A DNA stretch of 64,000 nt, taken from assembly GCA_964520755.1 (NCBI GenBank), contig CAZFQI010000002.1:22947-86946 (forward strand). Direction: 5' to 3'. The notes below the pieces were generated by a model, which did no database searches, was not told the DNA's origin, and saw only the letters and a list, made by a program, of their open reading frames with translations. Each line of letters begins with the position of its first letter. The stretch's first letter is position 1. The DNA comes from an uncultured Marinobacter sp. (GTDB lineage Bacteria > Pseudomonadota > Gammaproteobacteria > Pseudomonadales > Oleiphilaceae). The position numbers were made by a program, and so were the translations under genes. Below are positions 22,948 to 34,907 of the stretch, piece after piece.

Positions 22948-23454
22948 TCAAGACGCCCGGCGCCGGAAGAGCGGAATGTCGGTGTCGGTCGCGGCCTGGT
23001 AGCCCTGACTGAAGAAGTTCAGGCACTTCTGCGCCTTGGTGATGTCCTTGTCGGCCCTCAGCACGTAGGCATCAAATCCGCAGCGCTTCATGAACTGCAA
23101 CTGATCCAGCAGCACGTCGCCGATGGCGCGCAGTTCGTTCACATAGCCAAAGCGCTCCCGCAGCAACCGGCCAATGCTATAACCCCGGCCATCACTGAAC
23201 TTCGGAAAATTTACCGCAATCACCGCCAGTTCATTCACGCGACCATCCAGAATCTCCGGCTCATCGTGGCTGTCGAACCATACGCCGATATCCTGCCGCC
23301 CGGTGAAATGCTCATAGCCGGCCAGCCACAGGTCCGCCGGAATCAACGCCGGCTGGTCCGCCGGAATGTCCAGCGATTCGCCTTCGGCCGGGCGGGGCAC
23401 GACCACCCAGTTATCCTCACGGATACTGCCATCTTGGGAAATTACGTTAGGCAT
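22948..23454 (-). CDS. DUF934 protein (sulfite-reductase-associated)
   Basis: About 168 aa from MPNVISQDGS. It overlaps the cysI stop by 8 nt. The C-terminal KFSDGRGYSIGRLLRERFGY motif is typical of DUF934. Confidence 0.75.
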   Translation of the reverse strand: MPNVISQDGSIREDNWVVVPRPAEGESLDIPADQPALIPADLWLAGYEHFTGRQDIGVWFDSHDEPEILDGRVNELAVIAVNFPKFSDGRGYSIGRLLRERFGYVNELRAIGDVLLDQLQFMKRCGFDAYVLRADKDITKAQKCLNFFSQGYQAATDTDIPLFRRRAS

Positions 23455-25099
23455 AAACCCGCTCCTTGAAAGGATCAATTCCTACACGGCGATAGGTGTC
23501 CAGGAAGGTTTCCTCTTCCGTGCGCTTATCCACGTAAACGTCAATAATCTTGGAAATCACCTGGGGCATCTCATCCCGGGCAAACGACGGGCCCAGAATC
23601 TTGCCGATCGAGGCATCGTGATGGGATGACCCGCCAAGGCTGATCTGATAGAACTCCTGACCTTTCTTGTCGACGCCAAGAACACCGATATTGCCGACAT
23701 GGTGGTGACCGCAGGCGTTCATGCAGCCGGAGATGTTCAGATCAATGTTGCCAAGGTCGTACAGGTAGTCCAGGTCATCGAACTGCCGCTGGATGGCCTC
23801 CGCTACCGGAATGGACTTGGCATTGGCCAGGGCGCAGTAGTCTCCGCCGGGGCAGCAGATAACGTCCGTCAGGGTGTTCAGATTGGCGGTTCCGAAGCCC
23901 ATTGGGGTAACGGCCTGCCACAGTTCCAGCAATCGGTCCTGGCGCACGTCTGCCAGCACCACATTCTGCTGGTGAGTTACCCGGATTTCGCCGAAGCTGA
24001 ACTCGTCTGCCAGATCGGCAATCTGTTCCAGTTGCTTGTCACTCACGTCTCCAGGAGGCGTGCCGGTCTTCTTCATCGTCAGACTGACGATGGCATAGCC
24101 CGGCTTCTTGTGAGTGTCCACGTTGTGGGTAAGCCACTGGTCGAATTCCCGGTGCTCGAACCGCTGGCTGGCCAAAAGATCTGTGGCATTGTCCAGTTTT
24201 GCGTAATCCGGCTCGGTAAAGTAAGCCTGGATGCGTTGAACCGCCTCCGGGGTAAGCCGGGTGGGGGACTCTTTAATGTGCTGCCACTCGGCTTCCACTT
24301 TTTCGGCAAAGCCCTCAGGGGTCAGGGCCTTGACCAGAATCTTGATACGGGCCTTGAACTTGTTGTCGCGCCGGCCATAGCGGTTATAAACGCGGAGCAC
24401 CGCTTCCAGATAGGTCAGCAGGTCCATCTCCGGAAGGAATTCGCGAATGACCGGCCCGACCATGGGTGTACGGCCGAGGCCACCGCCCACGTGGACCCGG
24501 AAGCCAAGCTCGCCGGCTTCATTGCGTACCATTTGCAGGCCGATGTCGTGCACCTGGATGGCGGCGCGGTCGGTGTGCTCGGACGCATTCACCGCAACCT
24601 TGAACTTCCTGGGCAGGAAGGCAAATTCCGGGTGAAACGTGGACCACTGCCGAATGATTTCACAGTAAGGGCGAGGATCAGCAATCTCATCCGACTGAAC
24701 GCCGGAGAACTGGTCCGTGGTGGTGTTTCGGATGCAGTTGCCGCTGGTCTGGTTGGCATGCATTTCCACTTCCGCCAACTCCGCGAGGATGTCGGGAACG
24801 TCTTCCAGTGCCGGCCAGTTGAGCTGCACGTTCTGGCGCGTGGTGAAATGCGCGTAGCCCTTGTCGTAGTCACGGGTGATCCGGGCGAGCCGGCGCAGCT
24901 GGTCCGAGCGCATCATGCCGTAGGGAACACAGATCCTGAGCATGGGGGCAAGGCGCTGAACATACAGGCCGTTCTGCAGGCGAAGGGGAAGAAATTCGTC
25001 TTCAGCCAGCTCTCCGGCCAGGGCCCTTTCGGTCTGGTCACGGAACTGGGCAACCCTCTCGGCAGCCATTTGCCGATCGTGTTCATCGTATACGTACAT
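23447..25099 (-). CDS. cysI: Assimilatory sulfite reductase hemoprotein (nitrite/sulfite reductase family)
   Basis: 550 aa with siroheme/4Fe-4S cysteine motifs (CCPGGDYCALA, SGCMNACGHHHVGNIG). Confidence 0.85.
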   Translation of the reverse strand: MYVYDEHDRQMAAERVAQFRDQTERALAGELAEDEFLPLRLQNGLYVQRLAPMLRICVPYGMMRSDQLRRLARITRDYDKGYAHFTTRQNVQLNWPALEDVPDILAELAEVEMHANQTSGNCIRNTTTDQFSGVQSDEIADPRPYCEIIRQWSTFHPEFAFLPRKFKVAVNASEHTDRAAIQVHDIGLQMVRNEAGELGFRVHVGGGLGRTPMVGPVIREFLPEMDLLTYLEAVLRVYNRYGRRDNKFKARIKILVKALTPEGFAEKVEAEWQHIKESPTRLTPEAVQRIQAYFTEPDYAKLDNATDLLASQRFEHREFDQWLTHNVDTHKKPGYAIVSLTMKKTGTPPGDVSDKQLEQIADLADEFSFGEIRVTHQQNVVLADVRQDRLLELWQAVTPMGFGTANLNTLTDVICCPGGDYCALANAKSIPVAEAIQRQFDDLDYLYDLGNIDLNISGCMNACGHHHVGNIGVLGVDKKGQEFYQISLGGSSHHDASIGKILGPSFARDEMPQVISKIIDVYVDKRTEEETFLDTYRRVGIDPFKERVYA

Positions 25100-25319
25100 A
25101 GTGGGAAGATCCTGCTTGAAAGCGACATATTCAGGCCGGCGGCCTTATATCTGACGGGAAGGATAACAGCGGGTTTTTATTCTTAAAATGATTATTTCAA
25201 AATATGTTTATCGATTCAGGCGATAAGCAAGCGGAACAATGGACTGGACGAATATCAATTAAGTGCTTAACTTAAAGGACAAGAAAAATACGAGATCAAA
25301 CTCGGAAAGAGGAACAGAC

Positions 25320-25424
25320 ATGAAGAAGACCGTACGCTCTGACAGCCAGGCTGATGCCGTTGCCGCCGTTCTTTTGGTGGTTCTTGCTGTCGCATTCGCT
25401 GTGGTCTGGGTTGCTGGCCAGTAA
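25320..25424 (+). CDS. Candidate small hydrophobic peptide (34 aa), absent from the ORF track
   Basis: The ATG is preceded by AGAGGA at 6-7 nt. Translation is MKKTVRSDSQADAVAAVLLVVLAVAFAVVWVAGQ, a single TM helix. The stop lies 2 nt from the convergent DUF2970 stop. Confidence 0.3.
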   Translation: MKKTVRSDSQADAVAAVLLVVLAVAFAVVWVAGQ

Positions 25425-25426
25425 TT

Positions 25427-25663
25427 CTACTGACTGGCCAGCACCAGGTTTACGATCACAATCAGCCCCACCACAAAGCCGGCTGTGAACAGAATGCCGG
25501 CGATAATGTAGGGCCATGGGCTGTGGCTTGAAAAGTCCTCCTCCCGGCGCTTGTCGGACTGAACCCCGAAAGCGCCAGCGAGGATGCTCTGCATGATTTT
25601 CAGAACGCCCGGTCCTCGTGGCTTCTGTTGATTCTTTTTTTCCGCCTCTGAAGACTCAGTCAT
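25427..25663 (-). CDS. DUF2970 small membrane protein
   Basis: 78 aa with the AGAFGVQSDKRREEDF motif followed by a TM helix. It lies immediately downstream of metH. Confidence 0.7.
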   Translation of the reverse strand: MTESSEAEKKNQQKPRGPGVLKIMQSILAGAFGVQSDKRREEDFSSHSPWPYIIAGILFTAGFVVGLIVIVNLVLASQ

Positions 25664-25696
25664 ACATCTGCCCCTGAACGTTGTCTGGTCCGAATC

Positions 25697-29395
<3,699 letters not shown>

Positions 29396-29627
29396 AGGAT
29401 TACTTCCGGATGTCGTTATTAACGCTGCATTAAAGTCAATGGCGCGGGATCATAGCAAAAATGCCTGAGCCCGTCTTAGTACGAATGACGATTATCAATT
29501 GCCTTATGCAAATGCCTGCCAATACGGGAAATTCATTACCCTGGTAAAGCCCGACTATTTTACTTGGTCTTTCATGTTCCCGCGAACTGCCCTAAAATGA
29601 ACTGAAACTTTCAAACGGGTTGAAAAC

Positions 29628-30215
29628 ATGGCTCAGGTTACTGTGACAGATCCCGCACGGGATTATCTTGCACAACTTATCGAAAAACAGGACGTTGAAG
29701 GGATGGGGGTACGTATCTTCGTTACCCAGCCCGGCACCAAAAATGCCGAGACCTGTCTGGCCTACTGCCCGCCCAACGAAGTGGTTCCGACGGACGAGCA
29801 GGTAGATCTGGACAAGTTCATCCTGTATCTCGATCACAACTCGGTGCCCTTCCTTGAGGAAGCGTACGTGGATTACTCGAAAGACCAGATGGGTGGTCAG
29901 CTGACGATCAAGGCGCCCAACGCGAAAGTGCCGAAGATTGATGACGATGCGCCCCTGCCGGATCGGGTGAATTACATTCTGGCGTCGGAGATCAATCCGA
30001 ACCTGGCGGCCCACGGCGGCGATGTTTCCCTGGTGGAGATTGTTGATGAATCCGTGGCTGTGCTGCGTTTCGGCGGTGGTTGCCAGGGCTGCTCTGCGGT
30101 CAGCCTGACGCTCAAGCAGGGCGTTGAATCTACCCTGAAAGAGCGCGTACCGGAAATTACTGCCGTACGTGACGTAACCGACCACTCCTACACTGAAAAC
30201 GCCTACTACCAGTAA
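29628..30215 (+). CDS. nfuA: Fe-S cluster biogenesis protein NfuA
   Basis: 195 aa with an A-type-like N-domain and an Nfu C-domain carrying CQGC ([19 protein letters not shown]). Confidence 0.9.
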   Translation: MAQVTVTDPARDYLAQLIEKQDVEGMGVRIFVTQPGTKNAETCLAYCPPNEVVPTDEQVDLDKFILYLDHNSVPFLEEAYVDYSKDQMGGQLTIKAPNAKVPKIDDDAPLPDRVNYILASEINPNLAAHGGDVSLVEIVDESVAVLRFGGGCQGCSAVSLTLKQGVESTLKERVPEITAVRDVTDHSYTENAYYQ

Positions 30216-30434
30216 GGCGAGCTGCCCCCGATTAACGCGTCCTTCGGGGCGCGCTATCTGTTCCAGTCTGCCGCACTACCGGCATCACCATGGCTGCACG
30301 GCCAATGTTGTGACATTTCAATTACTTCATCATTCGTCGCATACACAGACACATCAGGCAGGTACTATCCTGTTTGCCTGATGACGGCACTATTACCGGC
30401 TTAACCGGATTACATTCTCATACCGGGGTCAAAC

Positions 30435-31634
30435 TTGTTCGACGTTGCGCTTCTGTCCGTGCCTCTCATGGCGGCCGTGGTTGGCTGGCTGACCAACTGG
30501 CTTGCCATCCAGATGTCCTTCTATCCGGTCCAGTTCATCGGCCTGGGCCTGGTGGGCTGGCAGGGGGTAATCCCCCGCAAGGCAGAGAAGATGGCCCACA
30601 TCTGCATCGACAGGACCCTCCAGCAGTTCGGCGATCTGAACGCCGTCTACCAGAAGCTTGAACCCCAGCGCATCGTTGAACAGGTTATCTCCCAGGTAAC
30701 CCCACGGATGGATGAGTACATCGATGAAGTCATGTACGAGATTCAGCCCGTTCTCTGGGACAACCTGCCGTTGTTTGTCAGAAACCGGATTTACCAGTGG
30801 GCGAGGGAACAGTTACCGTCGAGGATAGAGGAGCTGGTTGAGGATTTCGGCGACGATCTGGATGAACTGGTGGACCTCAAGGCCCTGCTTAGCCGGGAAC
30901 TGCAGAAGCACCCGGATATGATGAACCGGATCTTCCAGCAAGCCGGTGCGGTAGAACTGCAGTCCGTGATTAACCGTGGCGCAATTATTGGCGGCATCCT
31001 GGGAGCGCTCCTGGTGCCATTATGGATCCGCTATCCAGAGCCCTGGCTGCTGCCTCTGGGGGGCTTTGTGATCGGCTTTGTGACCAACTGGATTGCCATC
31101 AACCTGATCTTCGCCCCGCTGAGGCCCCGGCGGTTTCTGTTCTGGAAAATCCAGGGGCTGTTTCTGCGCAGGCAACCGGAGATCAGCGATGTCTGGGCAA
31201 AACTGGTGGCGGAGGAGCTGATTACGGTCGAAAAAGTTGCCGATGCGATGATTAACGGTAGCCATGGCGACAGGACACGCGCAATCATCCAGAAACACCT
31301 TCGGCCATTGCTGGACAACTCTGTCATCATGAAGCTGACCGCTCAGGTGACTGTTGGAATGACGGGGTACACGGAGCTGAAGAAGGCCATGAACCAGAAA
31401 GCGGTGCTGGCCACCCGGGACGTGTTCAGTGATCCGGCATTCAACCGGGAGCGGGCGCCGGTCGTGGCGGAAGTTCTGTCGGGCCAGATGAAGGCGTTAA
31501 AACCCGATGAGTTCCAGGACATCCTTCGCCCCGCGTTCCGGGAAGAGGAGGTTCAGTTAATGATCGTGGGCGGTATTTTCGGTGCCCTGGCAGGATTGCT
31601 TCAGTTCCTGTCTTTGAACTATTTGAATTTCTAG
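30435..31634 (+). CDS. DUF445-family membrane protein
   Basis: 399 aa with a TTG start. The N-terminal VVGWLTNWLAIQMSFYP and C-terminal GGIFGALAGLLQF segments are typical of DUF445. Confidence 0.65.
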   Translation: MFDVALLSVPLMAAVVGWLTNWLAIQMSFYPVQFIGLGLVGWQGVIPRKAEKMAHICIDRTLQQFGDLNAVYQKLEPQRIVEQVISQVTPRMDEYIDEVMYEIQPVLWDNLPLFVRNRIYQWAREQLPSRIEELVEDFGDDLDELVDLKALLSRELQKHPDMMNRIFQQAGAVELQSVINRGAIIGGILGALLVPLWIRYPEPWLLPLGGFVIGFVTNWIAINLIFAPLRPRRFLFWKIQGLFLRRQPEISDVWAKLVAEELITVEKVADAMINGSHGDRTRAIIQKHLRPLLDNSVIMKLTAQVTVGMTGYTELKKAMNQKAVLATRDVFSDPAFNRERAPVVAEVLSGQMKALKPDEFQDILRPAFREEEVQLMIVGGIFGALAGLLQFLSLNYLNF

Positions 31635-31677
31635 CCGGAGTGCGTCCGGATTTGCCTGGCGCACAAGGAGGAAGGCC

Positions 31678-32049
31678 ATGCCTTTATGGGCAACACTAGC
31701 AATCCAGATTTCTGCAACCGTCGTTGCCGTGTTTGTCACCCTGTGGGGTTTCTGGCGACTCGTTGTGCGTCCTTACCTGGATACCAGGGTCGCTGAACTC
31801 ATCGAGGCCAGCCGGGAAATCGAGCCGGCTGTGACCCGCGGCGTGAAAAAAGGAGTTGCTGATACCATCCGGGAGCTGCCGGAAAGCGCCCTGGACGGCA
31901 CTGTGAAGGAGTCCACCCGCCAGTTCCTGAAATTCGGCTCAGGCCTTTTTGAGAACGGCCTGAGCAGCTTTCTCGGCAATGCGGCTGATCTGGAGCGCAG
32001 CGGGCGGAACGACGCCGGCAAAACCTCCAAGGGCTCTACAGACAGTTAG
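31678..32049 (+). CDS. Hypothetical protein with an N-terminal TM helix
   Basis: 123 aa. It lies 43 nt after the DUF445 gene, and its 3' end overlaps the convergent tusE-like gene by 14 nt. Confidence 0.5.
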   Translation: MPLWATLAIQISATVVAVFVTLWGFWRLVVRPYLDTRVAELIEASREIEPAVTRGVKKGVADTIRELPESALDGTVKESTRQFLKFGSGLFENGLSSFLGNAADLERSGRNDAGKTSKGSTDS

Positions 32050-32362
32050 TGGGGCGTGGTAGCCCGGCAATCCGGCAGGCGGTTTTCGCAGGCGTGCCGG
32101 GGAAAAGCTGCATCAGATAAATGCTGTTGCCCTTGTCCTCGCCCAGCGCCTCTTTAACAGCCTTCACGAACAAACGGTTGGACGGTGGCGACATTTCATG
32201 TTCCTTGTAAAAAGACCGAAGGAACTGGATGATTTCCCAGTGTTTTTCGGTTAGCTCCAACTCATCCTCGGCCGCAATGGCTGCCGCGACAGTCTCCGTC
32301 CAGTCCTGGGCGTTCTCAAGAAAGCCTTCGTTGTTTCGTTCTGGCATTGCGTCACTGACCAT
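32036..32362 (-). CDS. tusE: TusE/DsrC-family sulfur relay protein
   Basis: 108 aa with the WEIIQFLRSFYKEHEMSP motif and a C-terminal Cys (PTNCL). Confidence 0.8.
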   Translation of the reverse strand: MVSDAMPERNNEGFLENAQDWTETVAAAIAAEDELELTEKHWEIIQFLRSFYKEHEMSPPSNRLFVKAVKEALGEDKGNSIYLMQLFPGTPAKTACRIAGLPRPTNCL

Positions 32363-32365
32363 GGT

Positions 32366-32647
32366 CTACCAACTGATTACCCGTTGTGCCTGCAAGGAAA
32401 GAGCGACCATCCCGTTGAAATCCACGGCGCTGGCGTTGCCTGTCAGGTGACCGAGCCCGCGGGCATCAGCGTCCGGTGAGAGGGCGAATAGCTTGCCGGC
32501 GTCGGGCAGCTTTGCGGCTGCAAGGAACAGTACCCCACCGCCGATAAGCAAAAGGCCATCCTCCTCCGAGACCATTTCAAGACACTTGGCCGCGCGGGGA
32601 TGATCGGGGGATTTGTTCAGGATGTGTAATGTCTTGATGGCAGTCAT
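32366..32647 (-). CDS. tusB: Sulfurtransferase complex subunit TusB/DsrH
   Basis: 93 aa. Position and size fit the tusDCB arrangement. Confidence 0.7.
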   Translation of the reverse strand: MTAIKTLHILNKSPDHPRAAKCLEMVSEEDGLLLIGGGVLFLAAAKLPDAGKLFALSPDADARGLGHLTGNASAVDFNGMVALSLQAQRVISW

Positions 32648-32652
32648 GGTGG

Positions 32653-33003
32653 CTAACCTGCGAAAGCAGTGTGGTCATAATTGGTGAGCAGAGCGGCATC
32701 GGCATCCACCAGGGTCACGCCTTCAATCAGCGAGTTCTCATCCAGTCCGTAGGTGTTGCATGCAGAACGATCGGCCAGGATCGCTTCAATACCGAAAATG
32801 GGTGCCGCTGACAGATTCTTCTCCACAGACTTCTGCCCGATACCGCCGGCTTCCTGAGACTGTCTCAGCCAGTTAACGCCCGCCCCGGTGAACAGCAGGG
32901 ATGCCGGCTGGTCAAAGGCTGCAAGCGAGAACGCCATATCCAGGGCTTCCCGCCCGGTCCACGCGCCGTAGGGTGGCTGGTCAATCATGATCAGTGTGCT
33001 CAC
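32653..33003 (-). CDS. tusC: Sulfurtransferase complex subunit TusC/DsrF
   Basis: A GTG start (VSTLIMIDQPPYG) lies 2 nt after the tusD stop and is preceded by GGAGA. The product is about 117 aa. The ORF-track ATG at 33063 would overlap tusD. Confidence 0.78.
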   Translation of the reverse strand: MSTLIMIDQPPYGAWTGREALDMAFSLAAFDQPASLLFTGAGVNWLRQSQEAGGIGQKSVEKNLSAAPIFGIEAILADRSACNTYGLDENSLIEGVTLVDADAALLTNYDHTAFAG

Positions 33004-33005
33004 GG

Positions 33006-33422
33006 TCAGTCTCCAGCGTGAAAATAGAGTGTTCGTGTGGACTTGATCCGTCCTTCGACCCACTCTCCGAGACCGGCAATTTCAAACGGTGCGCGCAGAT
33101 TGGCCGCTGGCAACTCATAGCGTTTCTGCTCGGTTTCGTTTACCAGGCCACGACGCAGCGCCGAGGCAATACAGGCGACGCCGGGAACACTGTGGTCGGC
33201 CAGAAATTGAGACCACGCCTCAGGCCAGTTGGTCTCGTCAGACGGCGGTGCGCAGAGTGCCGAGGCCAGGTGCACACCGTCACCGTAGAGGAAGACCCGG
33301 TCAATGCGGTGGCCGGCGTCTACGGCAGCCTGTGCAAAGCCAAGGGCGGTCTGGGGTGCCTGGGACGAGTAGGGCGCGCCAGTAATTACCAGGGTGAAGG
33401 TTACAGAAGCAGTTTCGGCCAT
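33006..33422 (-). CDS. tusD: Sulfurtransferase complex subunit TusD/DsrE
   Basis: 138 aa. The VITGAPYSSQ...VFLYGDGV...CIASALRRG pattern matches E. coli TusD. Confidence 0.85.
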   Translation of the reverse strand: MAETASVTFTLVITGAPYSSQAPQTALGFAQAAVDAGHRIDRVFLYGDGVHLASALCAPPSDETNWPEAWSQFLADHSVPGVACIASALRRGLVNETEQKRYELPAANLRAPFEIAGLGEWVEGRIKSTRTLYFHAGD

Positions 33423-33470
33423 GATTCCTGTTGGTTCCTGATCTGCCGTGTACGGGGTTTCAGTTTACCG

Positions 33471-33502
33471 AAAGCAAAAACCCCGGCAACTGCCGGGGTT
33501 TT
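33471..33502 (-). terminator. Terminator of the BI-1/YccA-family gene
   Basis: On the minus strand, CCCCGGC-AGTT-GCCGGGG is followed by TTTTTGCTTT. Confidence 0.75.
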
Positions 33503-33525
33503 CAAGCGGCTAGTTCAGCCTGGTA

Positions 33526-34230
33526 TCAATCTTCGCCACTGAACGCAGACAGCAGGTGCAGCAGGCTGACGAACAGGTTGTAGATGGACACATACAGGCC
33601 CACCGTGGCAATCACGTAATTGCGCTCACCACCCTTGATGATCTGGCTGGTCTCAAACAGGATCATGATGGACGCAAAGATGGTGAAGCCGGCAGACACC
33701 GCCAGATGCAGGACCGAGCTCTCCATCAGGAACGCCAGCAGCATGGCACCGATCAGCACAAAGGCACCGGCGGTCAGGAAGCTGGACATGAAGCTAAAGT
33801 CTTTCTTGGTGATGATCGCAGTGGCAGACAGACCGACAAAGGCGACAGCTGTCAGCGTCAGCGCCTGGGCGACAATCGAGGAGGCGCCGGCTGCCACGAA
33901 CGCACCGATGATCGGGCCGAGGGTATAACCCATGAAGCCGGTCAGGGCGAAGGTGGTTACGATGCCCCAGGGGCTGTTCTTCAGCTTATAGGTCGCGAAC
34001 AGAAGACCAATGTATCCCACAATGGTGATCAGGAAGCCCGGATGGGTCCCGTTCATGTTCAGGAATGCTGTGAGCGCCGAGAAGGCGAGGGTCATGCCGA
34101 GCAGCATGTAGGTGTTGCGCAACACCTTCATCGCATCATCGCTGATGCCAGTGGTCGCGCGCTCCGTCTGGGGAGCTGAATAGGCTCCCTGAGAGTTCTG
34201 AACGCCGAATCGTCTGTCTTCCATTGTCAT
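33526..34230 (-). CDS. Bax inhibitor-1/YccA family membrane protein
   Basis: 234 aa with seven predicted TM segments and the MKVLRNTYMLLGMTLAFSALTA motif. Confidence 0.85.
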   Translation of the reverse strand: MTMEDRRFGVQNSQGAYSAPQTERATTGISDDAMKVLRNTYMLLGMTLAFSALTAFLNMNGTHPGFLITIVGYIGLLFATYKLKNSPWGIVTTFALTGFMGYTLGPIIGAFVAAGASSIVAQALTLTAVAFVGLSATAIITKKDFSFMSSFLTAGAFVLIGAMLLAFLMESSVLHLAVSAGFTIFASIMILFETSQIIKGGERNYVIATVGLYVSIYNLFVSLLHLLSAFSGED

Positions 34231-34370
34231 CTCCGTTTATAACGACTGGATACTGTGTCCCATAATAGTGTCAGATACGCAACTTTCAATCATTTACGAC
34301 AGGAAACCGCCTCCCGGATTCCATTAAAAACCGTTAATGTTGAAAAATGCGGCGGGTTTTATGCAGAGCG

Positions 34371-34398
34371 TTGACAGCACAGGCAATTCCGGTATCAT
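34371..34398 (+). promoter_or_regulatory. Sigma70-type promoter for tRNA-Ser
   Basis: TTGACA (34371-34376), a 16-nt spacer, then TATCAT (34393-34398). This lies about 38 nt upstream of the tRNA 5' end. Confidence 0.55.
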
Positions 34399-34435
34399 GC
34401 TCACCGCTGTCGCAATGGCGGCGAATGGAAAAACC

Positions 34436-34526
34436 GGTGGGCTGGCAGAGTGGCTTAATGCAGCGGTCTTGAAAACCGCCGAAGGTTAGTAGCCTTCCCG
34501 GGGTTCGAATCCCTGGCCCACCGCCA
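34436..34526 (+). tRNA. tRNA-Ser (anticodon UGA)
   Basis: 91 nt with a 7-bp acceptor stem (GGTGGGC/GCCCACC), anticodon loop CTTGAAA, a long variable arm, a GGTTCGAATCC T-arm and an encoded CCA. Confidence 0.9.
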
Positions 34527-34907
34527 TTTTTCCTCTCATCTCCTTTCTTCTGAAGTACCTCTCCCTAAGCGCCAATTGTTATCGAACCGCCGTGGTTATC
34601 CCTACTTGGTTTAGAGCCAGTTAACCCTCATTATCAGATTATAGATTTCTAGAGGGCTTGTTATGACCGACTTTCAACATCTTGAGTCACCTGACACCGG
34701 TTCAACCGAACGCCGCGATCGGAAGTTTTCTGTGTCCGCAAATCGGGGCAAGGCGAGTCATAAAGTTCGTTACGTGGAAGCCGGTGGTGCAGCGGTCGAT
34801 ACGGAGGAGTGCACGTTCTGTCAATCCGTGCCTGATCTTTCAGGGGATGCTGGGGGGAGAGAAAACCGGAGCAGCTGATGCCGCCCCGGTCTTGAGCTTG
34901 GGCTGGA

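Noticed and set aside
23699-25186. 495-aa ORF on the plus strand
   Set aside because: It is antisense to cysI. The same reasoning applies to the antisense ORFs at 17727-18722, 51053-52132, 5200-6120, 41181-42191 and 42359-43246.
29396-29627. Possible cobalamin or SAM riboswitch upstream of metH
   Set aside because: I saw no B12-box-like or SAM-I-like conserved core when reading either strand. B12 riboswitches normally control metE or btuB rather than metH. An Rfam scan would settle it.
34436-34907. Genomic island integrated at tRNA-Ser
   Set aside because: There is no integrase or other mobile gene. The core gene hemH follows within 381 bp, and I noticed no repeat of the tRNA 3' end in the window.
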